DNA of 61,457 nt, filler included. It is 6 parts of 6 records of this genome, joined end to end, with 100 filler letters (N's around TTAATTAATTAA, not from the genome) between each part and the next. Parts side by side here need not be neighbours in the genome. Positions count along the whole stretch, not along the records: positions 16,134 to 21,916 come from SRR31156797_29418; positions 22,017 to 45,924 come from SRR31156797_29419; 4 more parts are not named here. One strand, written 5' to 3'. Below, in pieces: positions 18,386-28,929 of this stretch (position 1 is its first letter; the number at the start of each line of letters is the position of its first letter). Under the pieces are notes generated by a model that had not been told where the DNA came from, searched no databases, and was given only the letters and a program-made list of their open reading frames with translations. A program made the translations under genes and the position numbers.

Positions 18386-20479
18386 TTAAAAACTTTTTTT
18401 AAAGTTTATAGTAACTTTTCTAGGTTCACCTGAATAGATTTGGTAATCATTTTTTCCATATTCATAATATTTTTTATCTGCTAGATTTTCAATATTTAAT
18501 GATAAACTCCAATCTTTTTCATCATAATGTAAACCTAAATCAAGTCTTGTAAAAGATGGTAACTCTACCCTTGAAGATTCTGATGAACTTGTATAAACTG
18601 AGTCTTTATATGTAAGTCCTGAAGATATACCAAATATACCATTGTAAACTTTTGTTGGGAGATTATATCTTGTAAATACAAAAGCTGTATTCTTTGGTGT
18701 ATTTGCAGGCTTACTTCCTAAAGAACTTCCTGCTATATATTCCGCTTCATTGTATGCATAACCAGCTTTGATTTGCCAGTTATCTGTTGGTAACCATTGC
18801 ACATCAGTTTCAAAACCTTTACTTTCAACTTCACCTGCTAAAACATAATACCCTGAACCACTACTTTCTGCCACATTTTTTTTATTGATTTTATAAAATG
18901 AAATTGTTGTATTTAGCTTTTCATTTATGTTAAACTTTGCTCCAAATTCTATTTGTCTTGACTTCTCTGAGTCTAACCCATCACCTGATGCATCAACTCT
19001 TTCAGCAGTTGTTGGGTCATAACTTTGTCCAACACTTCCATACAACGAAACCAAAGGATTAATACTATAAACAGCACCTAAAGAACCAACAAAATCTGTT
19101 GAAGTTTTTGTATTATCATCAGCACAAGAACCTCTTAGGCAAAAGTAATCAACTTTTGTTCTGTCAACCCTTGCAGATGTTACAAAAACAAGCTTATCTG
19201 TAATATCCATTTTATCTTGTAAATAAACTGCACCACTTAGGTATTCAGTTTTTCTTCTATTTCCTTGATTTGAACTTGCAGTTCCGCCATAAATAGGATT
19301 ATAAATATTTATATTAGAAGAAACATTTCCACCAAAAGCCAATCTATCATAATCTGTATCTCTATATGAAGCAGATAAACCTGTTGTTATATTATGAGAT
19401 ATAGATGAAGTTTTTGTTTTAAAATTTAGATTAGTATCTATAGAGTGCCAATTTCTTTCGTTGTATTGGTGTCTATTTCTTCTAGTAAGTGTTGTGTCTT
19501 CTACATTTGAAGCTTGGTTTACTTTTCTACTCTCATAAAGTTTTTTTTCATCTTCATGAAACACTGAACGCCAAGAGATATTTAGTTTTGAGTCATTTTT
19601 AAAATTGTGTTCAAGATTTAAGTTTATTGCAGTACCTTCATCATTGTCAAAATCTGAATCCTCTTGATACACTGTAGTTATATCTGCAGCAGTTGAGATA
19701 TCATGGTTTGCAACAAATAACCCATCATCTGCACTTCCCTCTTCTTTTCCATACTCTAAGCCCATAAGTAATGAAGTATCATCATTTATATCCCATAGTA
19801 AACTAGGAAAAATATAAAAGTTTTCATTGTTTATATTATCTCTATAAGAATCGATATTTTCACCAACTGCAATAAATCTATAATACAAACCATCTTTTAT
19901 AGTTCCTGTAGCATCTAATGTTGCTGTAAAACCATTGTCTTCTCCTAGCTTAGAACTATTTGACATATATGTTTGATAAGAGGTTTCTATAGTGATTTTA
20001 TTTTCTGATTGTGGTTTTTTTGTTTGGATATTTACAAAACCACCTGCATCCATATTTCCATATAAAACAGAAGCTGGACCTTTTACTATTTCTATTTTTT
20101 CAACATTTGCAGTTGAAGGTGAGCCAAATCTACTTATCAACCCAGGTAAACCATTAACTTGAATATTTTGTAAGCTAATATCAAAACCTCTAACAACAAT
20201 ACCATCTGCTAATTGTCCCGACTTTGAAACACCAGTTGTATAGCCATAAGTATCTTCTATTCTAAGAGCTTGAATATCATCAATTAGTGTTTTATTTATT
20301 GTTGAAGAAGAGTATGGAGTTTCCTTATCGCTAAACTCTCCTTTCATACTTGTAGATGTATACTCTTCAAAATAAGAATCTTGTGCTCCAAAAACTGTAA
20401 CATCATCTAACTCTTGAGATGCATTTGCTAAAGTAAAACATAAAGGGATTGATAATCCCAAAATTAAACCTTTTTTCAT
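18386..20479 (-). CDS. TonB-dependent siderophore receptor
   Basis: Signal peptide, DDVTVFG TonB box, VEKIEIVKGPASVLYG plug motif, NIENLADKKY, C-terminal Phe. Confidence 0.95.
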   Translation of the reverse strand: MKKGLILGLSIPLCFTLANASQELDDVTVFGAQDSYFEEYTSTSMKGEFSDKETPYSSSTINKTLIDDIQALRIEDTYGYTTGVSKSGQLADGIVVRGFDISLQNIQVNGLPGLISRFGSPSTANVEKIEIVKGPASVLYGNMDAGGFVNIQTKKPQSENKITIETSYQTYMSNSSKLGEDNGFTATLDATGTIKDGLYYRFIAVGENIDSYRDNINNENFYIFPSLLWDINDDTSLLMGLEYGKEEGSADDGLFVANHDISTAADITTVYQEDSDFDNDEGTAINLNLEHNFKNDSKLNISWRSVFHEDEKKLYESRKVNQASNVEDTTLTRRNRHQYNERNWHSIDTNLNFKTKTSSISHNITTGLSASYRDTDYDRLAFGGNVSSNINIYNPIYGGTASSNQGNRRKTEYLSGAVYLQDKMDITDKLVFVTSARVDRTKVDYFCLRGSCADDNTKTSTDFVGSLGAVYSINPLVSLYGSVGQSYDPTTAERVDASGDGLDSEKSRQIEFGAKFNINEKLNTTISFYKINKKNVAESSGSGYYVLAGEVESKGFETDVQWLPTDNWQIKAGYAYNEAEYIAGSSLGSKPANTPKNTAFVFTRYNLPTKVYNGIFGISSGLTYKDSVYTSSSESSRVELPSFTRLDLGLHYDEKDWSLSLNIENLADKKYYEYGKNDYQIYSGEPRKVTINFKKSF

Positions 20480-20543
20480 AAATTTCCTTGTGTGTGTTGT
20501 AAAAAAGGTTTGGATTATAGTACTTTATTCTTAAATTAATTTT

Positions 20544-20562
20544 AATAACTGTTATCAATATC
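20544..20562 (-). promoter_or_regulatory. Fur box
   Basis: GATATTGATAACAGTTATT matches 14/19 of GATAATGATAATCATTATC, about 65 bp upstream of the receptor start. Confidence 0.7.
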
Positions 20563-20614
20563 AAATCAAAATAAAGGCCTTATTTTAGGGTTTTATAAGA
20601 AATTCATAACTAAA

Positions 20615-21562
20615 TTATTTAAATGATTTTATATAATTGTATATAGGTTCTAGTTTTTTTTCTTCAAGTATTTCTAGTGATAAATCCATAATAATAAGAT
20701 TTTCGATATTGTATTTTTTTAGCTTTACAAAATCTTTTTGTGTAGTAATTATTGTGTAGTCACTATAACTTTCTTTTATAGTATCCAATTCTTCTTGTGT
20801 AAAGTTATGGTGGTCTTCAAAGGCTTCCATTTTTGTGTTTTTTGGTAAAAATTCTAAAAGTCTTTTTGGTTTTGAAATTGCAGTTAAGAGTAAAAGGTTT
20901 TTAGGAAGTACATTTAAAACCTCTCCATCTCTTACAAAACTTACTACTCTAGCAAAATCAATACCTTCTCTCAACTCTAAATTAGCAAATGAGTATGACA
21001 TTTTTGGTTCTCTGTATCCTCCACTTGGGATACAAAAGATATTTGTAGGTTCAACTTTGGGACGAACCAAAACATCAAACTTATTAATATCATATTTTGA
21101 AAAACCATCATCAAGTATAATAAGTTTACATCCTAACTCTTTTGCTTTTAAAATAGCTTGTTTTCTATCTTCACTTACAATTACAGTTGCATTTGGCAAA
21201 GATTGAGCAAGAAGCATAGCTTCATCTCCACTTACTGATATATCTTCTAAAATTTCACCACTTTTTGAAACAACATAAAGCCCTTTTGATTCTCTTCCAT
21301 ATCCTCTTAATACAACTGCTATATCTTCATACTTTTTAGCTAATTCTATAGTCAGTGGAGTTTTACCACTACCACCTATTATAATATTTCCAATAGATAC
21401 AATAGGTACTCCAAAATCAACAGTTTTAGAACTTGCTCTTTTTAAAGCAATGATTAACATATAAATAAAAGTTAGAGGGAGTAATATAAAAGATATAATT
21501 CTTTGGAAGAAATTAGGGAAGAAGAGATAATCTTCAACCCATAAAAAAAGCTTTTGCTTCAA
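20615..21562 (-). CDS. lpxK: Tetraacyldisaccharide 4'-kinase
   Basis: SIGNIIIGGSGKTP, LRGYGR, GDEAMLLA, ILDDGF, FEDHH, TTQKDFVK. Confidence 0.95.
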   Translation of the reverse strand: MKQKLFLWVEDYLFFPNFFQRIISFILLPLTFIYMLIIALKRASSKTVDFGVPIVSIGNIIIGGSGKTPLTIELAKKYEDIAVVLRGYGRESKGLYVVSKSGEILEDISVSGDEAMLLAQSLPNATVIVSEDRKQAILKAKELGCKLIILDDGFSKYDINKFDVLVRPKVEPTNIFCIPSGGYREPKMSYSFANLELREGIDFARVVSFVRDGEVLNVLPKNLLLLTAISKPKRLLEFLPKNTKMEAFEDHHNFTQEELDTIKESYSDYTIITTQKDFVKLKKYNIENLIIMDLSLEILEEKKLEPIYNYIKSFK

Positions 21563-21565
21563 AAC

Positions 21566-21916
21566 TTATATCCACTCAGAAGCAATCTCGATGATTTGGT
21601 CACAAATATAGTTAACCTCTTCATCTGTTAAACTTGGATACATAGGTATCGACAAGATTTGTTGATATGAAGTAAGTGCTGAACTAAATTGTGTAATTTT
21701 GATTGAGTACTTATTTTTATAATAAGATAAAAGGTGTAAAGGAATATAGTTAAGACCAGTTGCAATACCTTTCTCTTTCAATGCTCTTGCAAAAGCATCT
21801 CTATTTCTAGAGATTTTGATTATAAAGTGTGTAAAAATATGCTCATCTTTATGTGATGGAATAGTTACATGTTTAATTCCTGACAATCTATCTTTATAGA
21901 TTTTTGCAATCTCTTT
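21566..21916 (-). CDS. DegT/DnrJ/EryC1/StrS aminotransferase C-terminus, 5'-truncated
   Basis: RDAFARALKEKGI..NYIPLH...ILSIPMYPSLTDEEV. Confidence 0.88.
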   Translation of the reverse strand, partial: KEIAKIYKDRLSGIKHVTIPSHKDEHIFTHFIIKISRNRDAFARALKEKGIATGLNYIPLHLLSYYKNKYSIKITQFSSALTSYQQILSIPMYPSLTDEEVNYICDQIIEIASEWI

Positions 21917-22016
21917 NNNNNNNNNNNNNNNNNNNNNNNNNNNNNNNNNNNNNNNNNNNNTTAATTAATTAANNNNNNNNNNNNNNNNNNNNNNNNNNNN
22001 NNNNNNNNNNNNNNNN
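21917..22016. other. Artificial contig spacer
   Basis: N44-TTAATTAATTAA-N44. Confidence 0.99.
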
Positions 22017-22048
22017 CCGCCGGAGGCAAAAAATATTAGGAGATAAAC

Positions 22049-22831
22049 ATGACTGATGTAGTAATTATTGGCGCGAAGGGTCGCATGGGCGACACACTTG
22101 TCCGCTGCGTACAGCAGAGCGAAGATCTGAACCTTGCAGCAGTCATGGAACGTTCCGGCTGCGAAGAGGGCCTTGAATCTTTAGGCTGTGTTTGCGGCAC
22201 TGATGCACAGGAAGTGTTGACCAAAGTTCCCGGTGCGGTGGTGGTTGATTTTACTGCCCCTGCTGCGACTTTGAAGCTTCTGGAAATTGCATCTGTTACC
22301 GGCAACCCGGTTGTTATCGGTACCACCGGAATGACTAATGAAGAGATTGCGCAGGTGGAAGAATTCGCTAAGAAAATTCCGGTTTTCCTTGCTCCGAACA
22401 TGAGCGTCGGCGTAAACGTGCTGCTCAAGGTTCTGCCCGAATTGGTGCGTATGCTCGGACCTGCTTACGATATGGAAATGACTGAAATTCATCATAACAA
22501 AAAAGTGGACTCCCCCAGCGGAACCGCGCTCAAGTTGGCTGAATGCATGGCTGAAGCACGTGGTCTTGTTTATGATGAAGTTAAAAAACACTCCCGTGAC
22601 GGCATCATCGGTGTAAGAACCAAGGATGAGCTTGGCGTAATGGCAGTTCGCGGCGGTGATGTTGTGGGCGATCATACAGCATATTTCCTCGGACCTGGTG
22701 AGCGTATTGAAGTTACCCACCGAGCACATTCCCGCGAGACTTTCGCACAGGGCGCACTGCGTGCCGCACGTTGGCTTTCCGAACAGAAGCCCGGTAAGCT
22801 TTACGATATGGCTGACGTGCTGGATGTCTAG
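22049..22831 (+). CDS. dapB: 4-hydroxy-tetrahydrodipicolinate reductase
   Basis: [46 protein letters not shown]. Confidence 0.97.
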   Translation: MTDVVIIGAKGRMGDTLVRCVQQSEDLNLAAVMERSGCEEGLESLGCVCGTDAQEVLTKVPGAVVVDFTAPAATLKLLEIASVTGNPVVIGTTGMTNEEIAQVEEFAKKIPVFLAPNMSVGVNVLLKVLPELVRMLGPAYDMEMTEIHHNKKVDSPSGTALKLAECMAEARGLVYDEVKKHSRDGIIGVRTKDELGVMAVRGGDVVGDHTAYFLGPGERIEVTHRAHSRETFAQGALRAARWLSEQKPGKLYDMADVLDV

Positions 22832-22886
22832 TAGGCCGGATTGCTGATAAAGCACCATCTGCAAGCTCGCCCGATAGTTAATTTTG

Positions 22887-22918
22887 AAAGGCTGTACCGT
22901 TATGGTGCAGCTTTTTTT
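22887..22918 (+). terminator. Intrinsic terminator after dapB
   Basis: GCTGTACCG-TTA-TGGTGCAGC stem followed by T7. Confidence 0.75.
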
Positions 22919-23019
22919 CATTTGAATACGATCAAAGTCTGATGTTTTTACAGCAGTCCATCCTTAGTATAAAGTCGGCTTAGTCTAACAATATAAAAAA
23001 TCAAATTATCAGGCTTAAT

Positions 23020-24126
23020 ATGTCGTTTTATGTAAGAGCTACAATTACTTATATACTGTTTTATCTGTATATCCGGATCTGGATTTGCAGGCTGCTGGTT
23101 GATAATCCCAAGATTAAGCGCGGGGTGCTGGTCGCTACCGATCTTATGACTCTGGTCATGCCGATCACGGTTTTTTTCCCGGAATATCTGCCGTATCTGC
23201 TCAAGATTTTTATGCAGGGTGCGGGCTACAGTTGGGCGGCGATCATCGCCTGTATGGTCCCGGTGGGGCTTTGTTTTGAGCCGATCCGTTGGGGTATGAA
23301 GATTCTTGGTAACGGTATCAGGGTGCCGAGACTAAAGGTTTTTGGAATACTTTGTCTTATCTCTATTGTGATGACCGTGGGCGGGTATATTAATGCCACC
23401 TCCCCGGTGGTGAAGGAAATTGATTTCGATCTTTCCAAAGGTAGTAAGGAATCTAAAGAATACCGCGTGGTAATGTTTTCCGATCTGCATGCCGGAAAAT
23501 TGATGACCCGTGACCGTGTAAGCGCGGTGGTAAATATGGTTAACTCGTTGAGCCCGGATATTGTTCTCATGGTCGGTGATGTCTTGGATGACCATGACAG
23601 TGAATTGACCGGGGCCGTGGAAGAGTTGTCTCGCATCAAGGCTCCTCTGGGCAAGTACGCAGTGCTGGGGAATCATGAATATTACCTCGGCAACAGCTGG
23701 TCCCGGCGTATGCTGGAAGGGCAGGGCGTAAAGGTACTGGGCGATAGTTCCACTGTGGTTGATGACCACTTTTTGCTGGTTGGGCGTAATGATTTTGCAA
23801 ACCTTCGCGGCGTAGACCTTATCCGCGCTGCATTAAAGAATGTGATTCCGAACGGAAACAAGCTTCCAATCCTTTTAATGGATCACACTCCTCATCAGCT
23901 TGACGAGGCTGAGCGGAACAACGTTGCTTTACAGGTTTCCGGACACACCCATAACGGGCAGTTATTCCCTTTTAATCTGGTAGTGAAGCGTATTTATGAA
24001 GAAGAGTACGGAACGTATCAGAGGGGTGAGACCCACTATTATATCAGTTGCGGTGTCGGAATCTGGGGACCGCCGTTGCGAACTACTGCCAGACCGGAAG
24101 TGGTGTTGATGAAGATTCGAATTTAG
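23020..24126 (+). CDS. Membrane-anchored metallophosphoesterase (YkuE-like)
   Basis: SDLH, VGD, GNHE, SGHTHNGQ, WGPPLR; N-terminal TM helices. Confidence 0.92.
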   Translation: MSFYVRATITYILFYLYIRIWICRLLVDNPKIKRGVLVATDLMTLVMPITVFFPEYLPYLLKIFMQGAGYSWAAIIACMVPVGLCFEPIRWGMKILGNGIRVPRLKVFGILCLISIVMTVGGYINATSPVVKEIDFDLSKGSKESKEYRVVMFSDLHAGKLMTRDRVSAVVNMVNSLSPDIVLMVGDVLDDHDSELTGAVEELSRIKAPLGKYAVLGNHEYYLGNSWSRRMLEGQGVKVLGDSSTVVDDHFLLVGRNDFANLRGVDLIRAALKNVIPNGNKLPILLMDHTPHQLDEAERNNVALQVSGHTHNGQLFPFNLVVKRIYEEEYGTYQRGETHYYISCGVGIWGPPLRTTARPEVVLMKIRI

Positions 24127-24133
24127 ATTGGAT

Positions 24134-24167
24134 AAATCCGGGGAGATGGTAAAATTTCCCCGGATTT
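24134..24167. terminator. Hairpin between convergent genes
   Basis: AAATCCGGGGAGAT / ATTTCCCCGGATTT. Confidence 0.7.
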
Positions 24168-24171
24168 TTGA

Positions 24172-24876
24172 TTATCTGGGAAATGAACCGTTGTTGATAT
24201 CAATGCAGGTGCCGCTGATGTATTCCGGGCAGTCGGTTGCCAGCCAGTGCATAGCGGAAGCGACTTCTTCAGGCTTACCAAAGCGTCCGGTGTAGACCGC
24301 AGCTTTGATAGCGTCCCGGCGGGCTTGGGGGATTGAGTCCAGCATATCTGTCTCAATGGGACCGGGAGCAACCGCATTGATCACGATGCCGTGCGGGCCG
24401 AGGATTTTGGCAAAGCTTTTGGTCATGTTGATAACTCCGGCTTTGGTGATTCCGTACCAGACATCAGGGTGACCGATTTGGCCTGCAATGGATGCGTTAT
24501 TAACAATCCGGCCCTGCTTTTTGTCTTTCATTGATTTGGATACAGCGGTAATCAGTGCCACCGGAGCTTCAATGTTGATCTTGAGGACCTGATCTACGCT
24601 TTTCGCTGTGTATTCGTCATACTGGGTGGCGTACATAACCCCGGCATTGTTAATCAGCACGTCGATTGCAGGCAGGCTATCAATGAAATTCGGAATACCT
24701 GCCACATTTGTAAAGTCGAAGGTTTCCGTCCTTACCTTCGGGTGGTCATTGTATTTGAAGCTTGAGAAATCGCGGGCCGCGACAATTACATTTGCCCCGT
24801 CTGCGATGAACATTTCCGTCAACTCAAGACCGATACCTTTGTTGCCGCCGGTAATCAGAACAGTTTTATTTTCCAT
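24172..24876 (-). CDS. Short-chain dehydrogenase/reductase
   Basis: TGGNKGIG, NNAG, YGITK. Confidence 0.93.
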   Translation of the reverse strand: MENKTVLITGGNKGIGLELTEMFIADGANVIVAARDFSSFKYNDHPKVRTETFDFTNVAGIPNFIDSLPAIDVLINNAGVMYATQYDEYTAKSVDQVLKINIEAPVALITAVSKSMKDKKQGRIVNNASIAGQIGHPDVWYGITKAGVINMTKSFAKILGPHGIVINAVAPGPIETDMLDSIPQARRDAIKAAVYTGRFGKPEEVASAMHWLATDCPEYISGTCIDINNGSFPR

Positions 24877-24960
24877 TATGAATTTCCTTTTGTGTTTTTG
24901 AAGTAATACTTTAAGTTTGGGTGAGTCAGTAAACCCTAAAGGAAGTTGGAAATCAAGGGT

Positions 24961-24996
24961 TCATCCATTTGTCTGATTTTTCCTCCATTTGACTGT
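24961..24996. promoter_or_regulatory. Tandem candidate NarL/LiaR-type operators
   Basis: TCATCCATTTGTCTGA and TCCTCCATTTGACTGT with a 20-bp period in the divergent SDR/kinase promoter region. Confidence 0.5.
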
Positions 24997-25065
24997 GATA
25001 GAAGATAAATTAAGAATTGAATTTCAGGGCCGTACCGAGAGCGGAGTCGGCCGGAGATTAAAGAT

Positions 25066-27129
25066 ATGAAGAATGAAAAATTGAAAGAAATCGGTGAATA
25101 TTTACTGGAAAATCTTGATCTTGCTGCATCGAAATTTGCCGAGTTGATGATAGAGCACCAGCCGCGCTGGTATGCGAGTATGGGGTTGGACGAGTGTAAA
25201 AGGATCGCCGCATACGGCGTGACTATGAACCTCGAATGTTTTACCCGTGGTGATTTTGAGCCTTTGGGAAGTTATTTTAATAGTTGCGCTGAGATAAAGC
25301 TTGATCGTGGTGTGGGTATCCGTGATGTGGTCGAAGGTACTTTGCTCGGTAAACAGGCCTTCATTGCTGCGGGTATGAAATTTTATACCGATCAGGCTGA
25401 TCTACTTGATTTTCTGGCAGAGCTTGAGGATTACTATGTTCAAGTCCTTACTCTGACCACGGACCGATATTCCGGTATGCTCCTTTCACGTTTGAATGCG
25501 GAACATGTGCGCAATAAACTTTTGCTGGAAGCTTCACGGACTGTGACCAGTGCCCTTGACCCGGATGAGGTTTTGAGCAGGCTGGCCGAGGTTCTGGCTG
25601 GCACTGTGGGTGAGGGCTGCTGTACTATTTTTCTGGTCAACCCTGAGACTGGCGGGCTCGCTCCTTGCGCTGGATTCGGTTATGGCTCCAAAGAGTGTCA
25701 GAGTGCTTTACAGGGTTTAAGGCTTTGCCCCTCCGGCAGTACTCTTAGTAGTGTGGATGGCAAGAGCTACGGATTCTGTTCCTCCAACAGGGCTAGCTTA
25801 TCTTTCGCTGATATTCTTCCCGATGCGGTTCGCTCCGGTAGTGCTTCTCTTTTTCATATAACCAACAGTGAGCGTATGGTTGGGGTTGCACTTGTTTCTT
25901 CGGAACTGCCCGGATTTACATTTGATGCTGCTACTACTGAGTTAATCGGCGGTATTCTGAATACTGTTGCTGTTGCCATTGAAAGTGCTGCCGCAGCACG
26001 TCAGACCAAACGCCAGCTTATGGAAAGTGAAAGTCTGCGCCGGGTGGCCAACGTGTTGCTGGAAAGTCCTGAAGGCAAGAACGGGAGTGTTCTTGGCCTT
26101 ATTGCCGATGAAGCCCGGACTATTGTTAACGGTATGGGTAGTGCTTTGATGCTACTTGAGGGCGATTCTTTGCATTGCGTTTGCGGTTCCGGTGCTCCCA
26201 GATGCCCCATGGAGTTTTATTCTGTAGACTCCACCTATTATGGCAGTGCTTTTCTGGCTGGTGAAACCATTATTGTCCGTGATGCTCAGAGCGAAATTCC
26301 TGAAGCTGAGCGTAGTGATGAGCTTCGTACTTTGATAGTTGTTCCTTTGCTGGAAAGGGATAAAAAGCTCGGCTTGCTCATGGTTTCTAACAAGAGTGGC
26401 GGTTTTGATCATGCTGATAAGCGGATTATGGAAATGTTTGCAGCGCAGGCGGTTTTGGCATTGCGTAACAGCCGTATGTTTGAGCAGAGTGAAAAGCTGG
26501 TCGTGCAGGGTGAGCGTCAGCGCTTGGCCCGTGAACTGCATGATTCTGTGACTCAGGCTCTTTACGCCATTACTTTCTGTTCTGATGCTGCTGTACGTTC
26601 CCTTGAATCAGGAAAGGGGGATGCGGCAGTTGAGCAACTCAAGGCTTTGCAGGGTATGGCCCAGCAGGGTATGCGCGACATGCGTTCTTTGATTTTCGAC
26701 CTTCATCCGCCGGAGCTTGAAAGCGAAGGTCTGGTGGGGGCCATTCAAGCCCGTTTGAATTCCGTGGAAATTCGCTCCGGCCTTGGGGCTGATCTTTTTG
26801 TGGAAGGGGATGAAAGGCGTTTACCTCTACGCGTGGAGGAAGAGCTGTTTCGTATTGCAATTGAGGCTTTGAACAACTCCACCAAGCATTCCAAGGCTGA
26901 ATCTGTTACTGTGAAAGTTGATTTTGCTGAGGGAGAGACAATTGTTCAGATAATTGATGACGGTCATGGATTTGATCTCGCTACATTGCCAACGGGCGGT
27001 ATGGGGCTGCGTGGTATTCGTGAACGGTCCGAGCGAATTAATGCCGACCTTGAGATAAGCAGCGAACCCGGGAAGGGGACTGTGCTGACTGTGAAAGTTT
27101 TTGATGTAGAAGGAGGTGGAGGTGAGTGA
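25066..27129 (+). CDS. Cytoplasmic sensor histidine kinase (RsbRD_N-like helical domain, 2 GAF, HisKA_3, HATPase_c)
   Basis: ERQRLARELHDSVTQAL H-box, EALNNSTKHS, DDGHGF, GMGLRGIRER; no TM helix. Confidence 0.9.
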   Translation: MKNEKLKEIGEYLLENLDLAASKFAELMIEHQPRWYASMGLDECKRIAAYGVTMNLECFTRGDFEPLGSYFNSCAEIKLDRGVGIRDVVEGTLLGKQAFIAAGMKFYTDQADLLDFLAELEDYYVQVLTLTTDRYSGMLLSRLNAEHVRNKLLLEASRTVTSALDPDEVLSRLAEVLAGTVGEGCCTIFLVNPETGGLAPCAGFGYGSKECQSALQGLRLCPSGSTLSSVDGKSYGFCSSNRASLSFADILPDAVRSGSASLFHITNSERMVGVALVSSELPGFTFDAATTELIGGILNTVAVAIESAAAARQTKRQLMESESLRRVANVLLESPEGKNGSVLGLIADEARTIVNGMGSALMLLEGDSLHCVCGSGAPRCPMEFYSVDSTYYGSAFLAGETIIVRDAQSEIPEAERSDELRTLIVVPLLERDKKLGLLMVSNKSGGFDHADKRIMEMFAAQAVLALRNSRMFEQSEKLVVQGERQRLARELHDSVTQALYAITFCSDAAVRSLESGKGDAAVEQLKALQGMAQQGMRDMRSLIFDLHPPELESEGLVGAIQARLNSVEIRSGLGADLFVEGDERRLPLRVEEELFRIAIEALNNSTKHSKAESVTVKVDFAEGETIVQIIDDGHGFDLATLPTGGMGLRGIRERSERINADLEISSEPGKGTVLTVKVFDVEGGGGE

Positions 27130-27775
27130 TGTGATTAAGGTTTTATTGGTTGATGACCACGATATAGTCCGTATCGGTGTGCGTAGTTTTCTGGGCAGTT
27201 TTGACGATATAGAGGTTGTCGGCGAGGCTGCCAACGGGCAGGAAGCTGTGGAAATGACCGCTGAACTTTCCCCGGATATTGTCCTTATGGATATGCTCAT
27301 GCCTGTCATGGACGGCATTCAAGCCATCCGTGAAATTCGGGATCGCAAGCTTTCGGGCCGGATAATAGCCCTGACCAGTTTTGCCACAGATGATAAGCTT
27401 TTTCCGGCAATAAAGGCTGGTGCTATGGGCTATCTGCTCAAGGATTCCACCCCGGATGAATTACTGGAAGCCATCCGCCGGGTGCATCGCGGTGAACCTT
27501 CCCTTGCCCCGGATATTGCACGTAAGGTGCTTTCCGAACTTTCTCATCCCGGTGAAGAGTCCGCAACGCCCACACCTGATCCACTTACCCCGCGTGAGCT
27601 GGATACTCTCAAGCTGGTTGCCAAGGGCAAAAGTAATAAGATTATTGCCGAAGAAATGTTTGTTAGTGAAGCTACCGTGCGTACTCATATGACTAGCATT
27701 CTGTCCAAGCTGCATCTGGCTAACCGCGTTGAAGCAACTCTTTATGCTCTGCGTGAGGGTATCGCTTCGCTCTAG
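27122..27775 (+). CDS. NarL/LiaR-family response regulator
   Basis: LVDDH, LMDMLMP, GYLLKD and LuxR HTH (LTPRE...SNKIIA...TVRTHMTSILSKL); overlaps the kinase stop; GTG start approximate. Confidence 0.95.
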   Translation: MSDVIKVLLVDDHDIVRIGVRSFLGSFDDIEVVGEAANGQEAVEMTAELSPDIVLMDMLMPVMDGIQAIREIRDRKLSGRIIALTSFATDDKLFPAIKAGAMGYLLKDSTPDELLEAIRRVHRGEPSLAPDIARKVLSELSHPGEESATPTPDPLTPRELDTLKLVAKGKSNKIIAEEMFVSEATVRTHMTSILSKLHLANRVEATLYALREGIASL

Positions 27776-27787
27776 AAAAGATGTTTG

Positions 27788-27820
27788 TAATCCGGTACGA
27801 AGTTTATTCGTACCGGATTA
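27788..27820. terminator. Hairpin between convergent genes
   Basis: 14-bp perfect stem TAATCCGGTACGAA/TTCGTACCGGATTA. Confidence 0.75.
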
Positions 27821-28615
27821 ATTGGCTTTCAGTACCTTCAGCGTGTATCTTTTTATGATGCGGTCTATCTTTCCACTTTTTGTCATTTTTTGAATAGCCT
27901 CTTCGAACTTAGGTAATATTTTTACATAGTTGCTTTTTTTGCTGATTAGCAAATGGAACGGAATGCATTCTATTGTCCCATTTGTCTGGATGATATCTTG
28001 TTCAAGGTTTTGTTGTTTTATTTCGATCCATGCCGCCATGGGCCATTCGATTACAACGTCTCCTCTTTTATGGAACAGCATTGGCCATACATTTTCAGGG
28101 ATTGAGGCTTCATGTGTTGGTATACCCAGAGGTTGAATGTTGTTTTTGTTCCATCCATTCCCGATATAGGTGATTACTGACAGGTCTGCTTCTTTTATGT
28201 TTTCCGGGATCTTAACCTTGTCTATGAGCTCCTTTTTGTGGTTTCCTTTATAGGTAAATAGCTGGAGATGTTGATGGTAGAATGGTGTTGGATGGGTAAC
28301 GGTATAGTCTGATCTTTCGTCAGTCGGGACAGTCATTATCCCGTCGGCTTTTCCTGTTTTTACGTAGTGCTGGCACCTGACCCATGGATATGATTCCCAC
28401 TTAATGTCCACATTTATACTGTCCATGGCTTCCGATACAATTTCATAAAAAATACCGGACATGGTTCCGTTTTTTTCTGTTTTGAAAAGTGGCCAGAAGT
28501 CATTGTATGTAATGACTATAGGGGGTTCTTGGGCGTGCACTGTGAATGCTGAAATTGTGGTAAGCGCACAGAACAGAAATATAATTTTAAGCACATATTT
28601 AAAATAGATCCTCAT
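27818..28615 (-). CDS. Orphan family 3 periplasmic substrate-binding protein
   Basis: Signal peptide, GIFYEIV, YPWVRC..VKTGKADG, SGKIDRII; start at the ATG with a GGAG RBS. Confidence 0.85.
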   Translation of the reverse strand: MRIYFKYVLKIIFLFCALTTISAFTVHAQEPPIVITYNDFWPLFKTEKNGTMSGIFYEIVSEAMDSINVDIKWESYPWVRCQHYVKTGKADGIMTVPTDERSDYTVTHPTPFYHQHLQLFTYKGNHKKELIDKVKIPENIKEADLSVITYIGNGWNKNNIQPLGIPTHEASIPENVWPMLFHKRGDVVIEWPMAAWIEIKQQNLEQDIIQTNGTIECIPFHLLISKKSNYVKILPKFEEAIQKMTKSGKIDRIIKRYTLKVLKAN

Positions 28616-28770
28616 CTTGTTTCTCCATTTCAATGAAACAATATTAAGTACGTTAACAATCGCAATTATTAATGTCTATATGTGCATGCAGGCGTGTTGT
28701 CACATGCGTTCTGCTGGAACTCTATGGCGCTAAGCGGATAATTTTTGAGGTTTATTTTTATCCGTCATTC

Positions 28771-28790
28771 TCTACGACAAATGTCGTGGA
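28771..28790. promoter_or_regulatory. Palindromic candidate response-regulator binding site
   Basis: TCTACGACA-AA-TGTCGTGGA (arms match 8/9); shares the core CATTTGTC with the 24961 site. Confidence 0.55.
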
Positions 28791-28929
28791 TGTTAAGGCC
28801 GTATGTTCATCTTTACTATGGATGTGTTTTGCTAATACCTTTGGCTATATAATTGGAAATGGATGAGGGCGAGTCTGAAAGCCCTTTTTGGTTAAATGAT
28901 AATTAACTAGCTTATATAAAAGGAATGCT

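Noticed and set aside
22831-22863. GTAGGCCGGAT... resembling an enterobacterial REP
   Set aside because: Single degenerate copy, incomplete palindrome, no RAYT transposase.
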